Below are positions 58,606 to 64,000 of a stretch of DNA of 64,000 bases, in pieces. The stretch spans positions 6,208 to 70,207 of the forward strand of contig NHDG01000060.1 of the NCBI GenBank assembly GCA_002167285.1. The letters are read 5' to 3'. This DNA is from Planctomycetia bacterium TMED53 (GTDB lineage: Bacteria; Planctomycetota; UBA8108; UBA1146). The notes below the pieces were generated by a model. It ran no database searches. It was not told the DNA's origin and saw nothing but the letters and a program-made list of their open reading frames with translations. The number at the start of each line of letters is the position of its first letter. The stretch's first letter is position 1. The position numbers and the translations under genes were made by a program.

Positions 58606-58679
58606 CGGCCGAATATAGCCATGAGGAGTAGCGGCTAACTTTGTCGGTTGAATATGGCCACCCCCGGCGAAATGTAGCC
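58606..58679. promoter_or_regulatory. Three phased 15-bp direct repeats (candidate enhancer/UAS)
   Basis: CGGCCGAATATAGCC (58606-58620), CGGTTGAATATGGCC (58645-58659) and CGGCGAAATGTAGCC (58665-58679). Spacing is 39 and 20 bp, 120-200 bp upstream of the candidate -24/-12 element. Confidence 0.35.
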
Positions 58680-58686
58680 TAGGCCC

Positions 58687-60072
58687 TTACAGCCCTCTTT
58701 TATCGAGTCTATGCCGTAAAGCTCCACGTGTCAGTCCCAACAATCGGGCGACTTCCGAGACATTACCGCTGGTGAAGTCCAGTGCCTGTTGGAGTAGTCG
58801 GGTTTCCACTTCAGCAAGAGTGCAGGAATGGTCGGAAAAATCGAATTGGATGTTGTCCAGTGCCAGTGGTCCATGCACCACATTACCTTCACTCCCATGC
58901 AAGTCGAGGGAGGGAGAAGCGAGGGTGTCTTCTGCGCTAATCAGCACCATTCTCTCGATGGTATGTGCCAACTCGCGAATATTTCCTGGCCAGCTGTACT
59001 TGCGTAACTCCGCACGAACTGAATCTGGAATATCCAGCTGTTCCTTACGATATTTCTTCCCATGGATTTCAACAAAGTGATCGATCAGGAGATCTAGGTC
59101 TTTGCCACGATCTCTGAGGGCTGGAAGTGTGATAGAGACGACCTTCAATCGGTAGTACAAGTCCGATCGAAATGAACCATCCCGGGATGCTTGTTCCAAA
59201 TTTTGGTTCGTTGCTGCGATGATTCTGACATCCGCAGAGTATTCACGGGTTCCCCCAACTCGGCGGACTTTTTTGGTTTCAAGCACATTGAGTAATTTGG
59301 TTTGCATTTCGAGGGGCATATCGCCGATCTCATCGAGAAAGATCGTCCCTCCAGCTGCAACTTCAAAGAGGCCCTGTTTCTGTTGAGAGGCCCCGGTGAA
59401 TGAGCCCTTTTCATGGCCAAAGAGTTCACTCTCGATCAAGTCTTTGGGTAGTCCGCTACAGTTGACCTGTAAGAAGGGGAATCTTGATAAGCTTCCCTTT
59501 TCATGAATGTGTTTTGCTAGCAAATCCTTACCGACACCGGTTTCACCACCGATCAATACGGTTGGAAGTTCGGCAGCTTTGTCGATGGGGATTTGAGACA
59601 ACTGATCGACCACTTCTAAGACTTGTTTGATCGCTGGACATTCCCCTACGATCGACTGTTTCTCAGTAAGGGCAGAAACACGTTCATGTGCATCAACCAG
59701 TCTTCTCATCTCGGCATTTTGAAGCTCTCGCTCGACGACAAGGTTGAGTTCTTCCAGGTCGAGAGGCTTTTCTAGATAATCGAGAGCGCCTTCTTTCATC
59801 GCCTCGACCGCGCTGTCGACTGAAGCGAATGCTGTCACCATCAGTACGGGGACTTCCGGAAGCTCTTGGCGCAAGCTTCTTAGGACCTCTAGTCCATCGA
59901 TGTCAGGAAGTTGAACGTCGAGGATCGCCATATCGATCGACTCGTTTTTGATAATTTTAAGAGCTTCCGCGCCAGTCTCTGCGGGGAGGCAACGATGGCC
60001 TCCACGACCTAACTCAAGTGTCAGTGATTGAAGCAGAGGAATCTCATCATCCAGAATGAGGATCTGTGCCAT
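58687..60072 (-). CDS. Sigma54-dependent Fis-family response regulator (REC-AAA+-HTH, NtrC type)
   Basis: REC domain with ILDVQLPDIDG. AAA+ domain with GETGVGKDLLAK, EKGSFTGA (GAFTGA variant) and FLDEIGDM. C-terminal HTH GNVSEVARLLGLTRGALRHRL. Confidence 0.9.
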   Translation of the reverse strand: MAQILILDDEIPLLQSLTLELGRGGHRCLPAETGAEALKIIKNESIDMAILDVQLPDIDGLEVLRSLRQELPEVPVLMVTAFASVDSAVEAMKEGALDYLEKPLDLEELNLVVERELQNAEMRRLVDAHERVSALTEKQSIVGECPAIKQVLEVVDQLSQIPIDKAAELPTVLIGGETGVGKDLLAKHIHEKGSLSRFPFLQVNCSGLPKDLIESELFGHEKGSFTGASQQKQGLFEVAAGGTIFLDEIGDMPLEMQTKLLNVLETKKVRRVGGTREYSADVRIIAATNQNLEQASRDGSFRSDLYYRLKVVSITLPALRDRGKDLDLLIDHFVEIHGKKYRKEQLDIPDSVRAELRKYSWPGNIRELAHTIERMVLISAEDTLASPSLDLHGSEGNVVHGPLALDNIQFDFSDHSCTLAEVETRLLQQALDFTSGNVSEVARLLGLTRGALRHRLDKRGL

Positions 60073-61546
60073 CTCCTGCTCCTTCCTCGCCTTCTCGGGC
60101 TTCTGTACTTCGTAACGGGATGGTCAGTTTAAACTGACTGCCGATTCCCAGTTCGGATTCCACTTCGATCTGTCCACCATGTCCGGCCACGATCCGCTGA
60201 GAGAGTGACAGGCCCAATCCAAGTCCCGACTTTTTCGTCGTAAAGTATGGCTTGAAGAGGTTTGACAGAGTCTCCTCCGACATTCCGTGACCGTCATCGG
60301 AGACCTCGATGATGATGACTTCACCCTCAGATCTCCCGGATAATCTTACCACACCACCAGGATCACAGGACTCAATCGCATTATTAAGCAGGACCAAGAT
60401 GGTCTGTTCGATCTTTCTTTCGTCAATTTTTACCTTAGGAATTGGACCCGTTATCGTAAATTCTACCGAAACCTGTCTCTTGTCTGCGTAGCCTTTTACC
60501 GCTTCACAAATCGATGGAATTCGAGCTTCCAATTCTGCCTCACCATAGCTCAACTTGATCGGTTTAAGGCCCTTGAGAAGATCTTTGAGCCATCTGTCTG
60601 CACGGTCTACAGTCTCCAAAATCTGCATTAGAGACTGGTCAGAATCACTTCCCTTTTCGGAACGTAATCGGGTTTGAGCAAGGGCTCTGATACTCCCTAG
60701 AGGGTTTCTGACGTTGTGCGCGATGGTGGCAGTCATTTCACCTACTGCCGCAAGGCGTTCACGGTCGACTAATTGGGCTTGGGTTTTTGAGATTTCTGCT
60801 GACATCGATTCGACGTCTCTTGCCAGTAGACCTAGTTCATCCTGTGAAGTGATGGGGATTATTTCGCCATATCGGCCCCCAGAGATCTCTCTGGTTGCAC
60901 TTGAGAGTAATTCGAGGGGAGTGACGATCCAGTGTCTGACAAGGAAATAAAATCCAAGTCCAAAGATGATCAGTGCGAATGCGGTTCCTTGGAAGATGAG
61001 CTTCAGGCGCGCGTAACTAAGGTTTGATTCGATCTCCAATTCCTTCATTTGATTTTGGAGCTGAGTTTCCAAAGCTTGTAAGGCGACTGTCATGTCAGGG
61101 ATTAAACGGTTTTTGAGCCATTTGCGGGGGAGATCCAGGTTTCGTGAATCTGTTCCTTCTTCATCAAGGTATCGAAGGGCTCTTTTCACGGCTCTGTCGA
61201 AATCGGTGACAGGTTTGGAGAGGGATTCGATAGATGTTCGAACAGTTTTCGATTCCTCATCCAGATCTGTGATCATTCTTCGAATCGTTTCTTTGCAAAT
61301 GTCCAGTCGCCCAAAGAATCTGGTGCGATCCGCTGGTTGCCAATTTGCCAAGTCCTCAATTTCTGCACTTGCTGAGAGTAATAGATCTCGAATCTTGCCC
61401 GCTGATATGAGTCGATCTCTTCCTGCTGACCCTTCGGCGACGGTTTTATCCAAATCTTGAATCACATTGAGAGATAGAATCCCAACTGAGAAGAAGAGAA
61501 GAAGCAAACCAGAAAAGAGTAGTCGGAGTCGAGTTCTGATGAGCAT
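60047..61546 (-). CDS. Sensor histidine kinase (2 TM, periplasmic sensor, HAMP, HisKA, HATPase_c)
   Basis: H-box MTATIAHNVRNPL, N-box LLNNAIES and G-boxes DDGHGM / GLGLGLSLS. The start at MLIRTRLRLLF (61546) is chosen over the track start at 61606, which overlaps the upstream gene by 56 nt. Confidence 0.85.
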   Translation of the reverse strand: MLIRTRLRLLFSGLLLLFFSVGILSLNVIQDLDKTVAEGSAGRDRLISAGKIRDLLLSASAEIEDLANWQPADRTRFFGRLDICKETIRRMITDLDEESKTVRTSIESLSKPVTDFDRAVKRALRYLDEEGTDSRNLDLPRKWLKNRLIPDMTVALQALETQLQNQMKELEIESNLSYARLKLIFQGTAFALIIFGLGFYFLVRHWIVTPLELLSSATREISGGRYGEIIPITSQDELGLLARDVESMSAEISKTQAQLVDRERLAAVGEMTATIAHNVRNPLGSIRALAQTRLRSEKGSDSDQSLMQILETVDRADRWLKDLLKGLKPIKLSYGEAELEARIPSICEAVKGYADKRQVSVEFTITGPIPKVKIDERKIEQTILVLLNNAIESCDPGGVVRLSGRSEGEVIIIEVSDDGHGMSEETLSNLFKPYFTTKKSGLGLGLSLSQRIVAGHGGQIEVESELGIGSQFKLTIPLRSTEAREGEEGAGDGTDPHSG

Positions 61547-61550
61547 CGAA

Positions 61551-63731
61551 TCACCGATTCCCTTTGAGATCATATTGGAATCGAAGTGGTTGCTCAGGTT
61601 TCCCACGATGCGCCGGGATCAAAACAAGTAATTCAAGAACGCCTGATTTTGATTTCAAATCAGAGGTAGTGACTAAGAATGAATCTGCGGTGAAATCTAA
61701 TTTCGTTGACTGTGGTTGCCCGTCCAAAGTCAAAGTTACCTGCGGTTGAGGTTGGTCCTGATTAAGGAAAATCCTCCATGACAAGCGGTCTGAGGCGGTC
61801 AGTGATCCCTTGGCTGGGGAGATACCGACGACTTCGGTGATTCGAGGATTGATGGGGGCTGGCAGTCGATCAAGTTCTCCAGAGCTCACGGATCCAGAGG
61901 GCAAATTTGAGATGCTCGACCATAGCCTCGGGCTTGCGCTTTTTAGAGGATTGGAACCCGGAGTGAGTTCGCATTCGATGAGTTGTACCGTTGGGAGCTC
62001 TGTTAATTCATCAAGGACCGCAGATTCCCCATTCGAGTGAAGCGAGGAGTGCACCAATTTCAGTAAGCCGGCACTCGAATTGACCGCACCATGTAGCCCA
62101 TTTTGACTGAGTTCACTATCTCTCACTCGCACCAATGCATCTGTTGAATCACCAGACAGGTATAACCCCGCACTCCCACGATTACCGATCAATTCCGAAT
62201 ATGAAACTGAGTAATCTCCTTGTGCATCCGTATCGAGATATATGCCGGATTTTTTGTTTTCGCGAATAGAGCAGTGCTCAACTCGGATTCTTAAATCAAC
62301 GGGATCTGCATCTGTGTAACGAAGATCAAGCCCTAGACCATGGTCTTCGTTTTTAAAGCAATCGACGCCAAGGAGGCTGATGCGAACACGAGGGGTGTCT
62401 TTGGGATCATCTCCAACTGGTTTAGCAATGCGAAGGTGAAATCCGATATCACCATTATTAGAGATCTCAACTCTATGTAGATCGAGGCGAGTTTTTTCAC
62501 CATGCACCGGTTGAAGAGAGGGTGCAGAGATACCACTCTGCTCGTTCGCTCGAAATCGGCTTTCGCGGATGGAGAGATCAACGAATCCCTCTATTCGTAA
62601 ACCGTCCCCCTGATTCTTTTCGATGTCGCAATACAGAATAGCCCCGGAGGCTTCGCCCCCGTCGTCGACATCCGTTTCGATTTGTACCCCTTTGTCGACA
62701 AAACCTTCGATCAAGCAATGGGATATCCTAAGCACACAATCGTCTGCGACGATTGCCCTGCGAGCGATTCCCTCACCAGGAAAGAGAAATCCATCGATCA
62801 CCACGAGGCTTTTTCCCGGAGGGATGATGATCGAGTCTTTGTTTTTAGCGCCCTTTACGATGGTTTTATTGATCTTAGGCAGAGAGAGGCTGCTAAATCC
62901 GCTTGCGAAGCCACCATAGAGACTCATGCCATCGAAGAGGAGAAATTGTTCCGGATACGTTCCAGCGGCAACAAAGATGTTTACGCCAGGTAGGCCAATG
63001 GCTGCACCGATTGCTTCATCGATGGTTTTTATTGCGGACTGAGGGTGTGTTCCTGAACCTGAAGATTCTACCGAGCTATCAACAAACAGAACCGGATTGG
63101 GTACCGCTGACCATTCAAGCTCGTTGTCGTCGGACTTTCCCGAGGGATCACTAGCTCGAACGACGACATGACAAGAAGTGCCATTTTCCAAACCGGTTAA
63201 ACGGCATGAAGTGACCCCCGGTTCGGTGATGAGTAGAGGGGGTGCATTGAAATCTTGTTTACCAGAACGATTCGCTAGGAAAATGTGATAGCGAATCTGA
63301 TCTGATGGAGAGTAGTCATCTACTGCCATCGACCACGTGAGATACAATTCACGATCACCTGCAATGAGTTGTTTTAAGCCCATGAATCGAGGTGGAGATA
63401 GATCCTGATCGGGCGGATCAAAGGAGGACTCATTGGGTGGAATCCTGGGTGGAGTCATGGGTAGTTCGAATGTATGAGGTGGGAGAGTGGAGGTGTCAGT
63501 TGTTTGAACTTTTTCAACTGGCGGAAGTGGCGACATTTGTGGTTTCGAGACCGGATCACAGCCACCAATAAAAAGAAGCGCACAAATGCAAAGGAGTTGA
63601 ATGAAGTCGATTTGGGCTAGTAAGTTTGACTCCCCATTAGAACTCACTTCATGAACTTTGTTCACACCGGTGACCATACCGGTAATACCGGTGCAGCAGT
63701 CAGCAAGGTGGGATGGGCCTTTGACGTTCAA
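61551..63731 (-). CDS. Beta-helix (PbH1) repeat lipoprotein with Fn3-like domain, paralog of 45926..48667
   Basis: Lipobox-like LLCICALLFIGGC. Fn3-like ELYLTWSMAVDDYSP..YHIFLA. GTYPEQFLLFDGMSLYGGFASGF aligns with GLYPENLFLLPGMMVFGGFDSSF of the 913-aa protein. At least 6 PbH1-type repeats. The exact start is uncertain. Confidence 0.6.
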   Translation of the reverse strand: MNVKGPSHLADCCTGITGMVTGVNKVHEVSSNGESNLLAQIDFIQLLCICALLFIGGCDPVSKPQMSPLPPVEKVQTTDTSTLPPHTFELPMTPPRIPPNESSFDPPDQDLSPPRFMGLKQLIAGDRELYLTWSMAVDDYSPSDQIRYHIFLANRSGKQDFNAPPLLITEPGVTSCRLTGLENGTSCHVVVRASDPSGKSDDNELEWSAVPNPVLFVDSSVESSGSGTHPQSAIKTIDEAIGAAIGLPGVNIFVAAGTYPEQFLLFDGMSLYGGFASGFSSLSLPKINKTIVKGAKNKDSIIIPPGKSLVVIDGFLFPGEGIARRAIVADDCVLRISHCLIEGFVDKGVQIETDVDDGGEASGAILYCDIEKNQGDGLRIEGFVDLSIRESRFRANEQSGISAPSLQPVHGEKTRLDLHRVEISNNGDIGFHLRIAKPVGDDPKDTPRVRISLLGVDCFKNEDHGLGLDLRYTDADPVDLRIRVEHCSIRENKKSGIYLDTDAQGDYSVSYSELIGNRGSAGLYLSGDSTDALVRVRDSELSQNGLHGAVNSSAGLLKLVHSSLHSNGESAVLDELTELPTVQLIECELTPGSNPLKSASPRLWSSISNLPSGSVSSGELDRLPAPINPRITEVVGISPAKGSLTASDRLSWRIFLNQDQPQPQVTLTLDGQPQSTKLDFTADSFLVTTSDLKSKSGVLELLVLIPAHRGKPEQPLRFQYDLKGNR

Positions 63732-63805
63732 ACTACTCTCCCGAAAAAGAGGGAAGTCTCTATCTCATGTAAGTTTACAACATCTTTCTGAGTCCGTCCC
63801 GAGCC

Positions 63806-64000
63806 TCATTCCGCCGTCGCGAGGCCGATTCTGTTGACTTCAGCAGAGACTGAACCAGAACCGGAAAATTCGGGATCTCCGCTGTAGTAGAGGACGAATT
63901 TGGAGAAATCAGGCTCCGGGTTATTGGCCGGATCAAATGTATCCGGAACTCGCATGAAAATGTCGGGATGTTTCACATCGTCAGAATCAAAAGCTTCGAC
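63806..64000 (-). CDS. C-terminal fragment of a protein running in from beyond the window (possibly a beta-propeller glycosidase-like protein)
   Basis: Hand translation of the minus strand gives VEAFDSDDVKHPDIFMRVPDTFDP...KFVLYYSGDPEF...RIGLATAE, ending at a TGA (63806-63808). The frame is open to nt 64000. The product guess rests only on the D..V..P.....YYSG pattern. Confidence 0.35.
   Translation of the reverse strand, partial: VEAFDSDDVKHPDIFMRVPDTFDPANNPEPDFSKFVLYYSGDPEFSGSGSVSAEVNRIGLATAE

Noticed and set aside
1-64000. Search for mobile elements, prophage genes, toxin-antitoxin or defence-system signatures, and tRNA/rRNA genes
   Set aside because: No transposase, integrase, recombinase or nuclease-NTPase defence-type ORFs, terminal inverted repeats or cloverleaf-like sequences were recognised. 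Every large ORF is accounted for by the assignments above.

Overview
Gene-dense bacterial chromosome of about 50% GC. Dockerin-like repeats, beta-helix lipoproteins and the overall gene content suggest a marine PVC/Planctomycetota-type organism, but that placement is only an impression. I saw no rRNA, tRNA, CRISPR array, transposase or integrase. Left third (1-24.9 kb): housekeeping and accessory genes. These are an AddA/AddB-like helicase-nuclease pair, a three-module molybdopterin oxidoreductase, MiaE, two SDRs, a DUF885 protein, CvpA, a rhodanese, a CPBP protease, QueG, a UbiA-type phosphoribosyltransferase, a PAC2-like protein, a mitochondrial-type aconitase, and two secreted cohesin/dockerin-like proteins flanking the aconitase. 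Centre (24.8-45.8 kb, minus strand): eight genes in the order pfaD-pfaA-pfaC(+AT)-oleA-oleB-oleC-oleD-PPTase. Every junction is a 4-nt start/stop overlap (ATGA or TTGA). This is a PUFA-synthase-type iterative PKS/FAS physically fused to the head-to-head olefin (OleABCD) pathway and its own phosphopantetheinyl transferase, so probably a self-contained polyolefin hydrocarbon operon. Right third (45.9-63.7 kb, same strand): an uncharacterised envelope glycan-type operon with three glycosyltransferases, an MsbA-like ABC exporter, two APH-type kinases, an AlgE-like outer-membrane barrel and a beta-helix lipoprotein. Upstream of it lie a candidate sigma54 -24/-12 promoter, three phased 15-bp direct repeats, and two long poly-G tracts, one in the promoter region and one inside the first gene. 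Immediately upstream again are a sigma54-dependent response regulator, a sensor kinase and a paralogous beta-helix lipoprotein. Functional calls rest on motifs read from the translations. No database search was possible.
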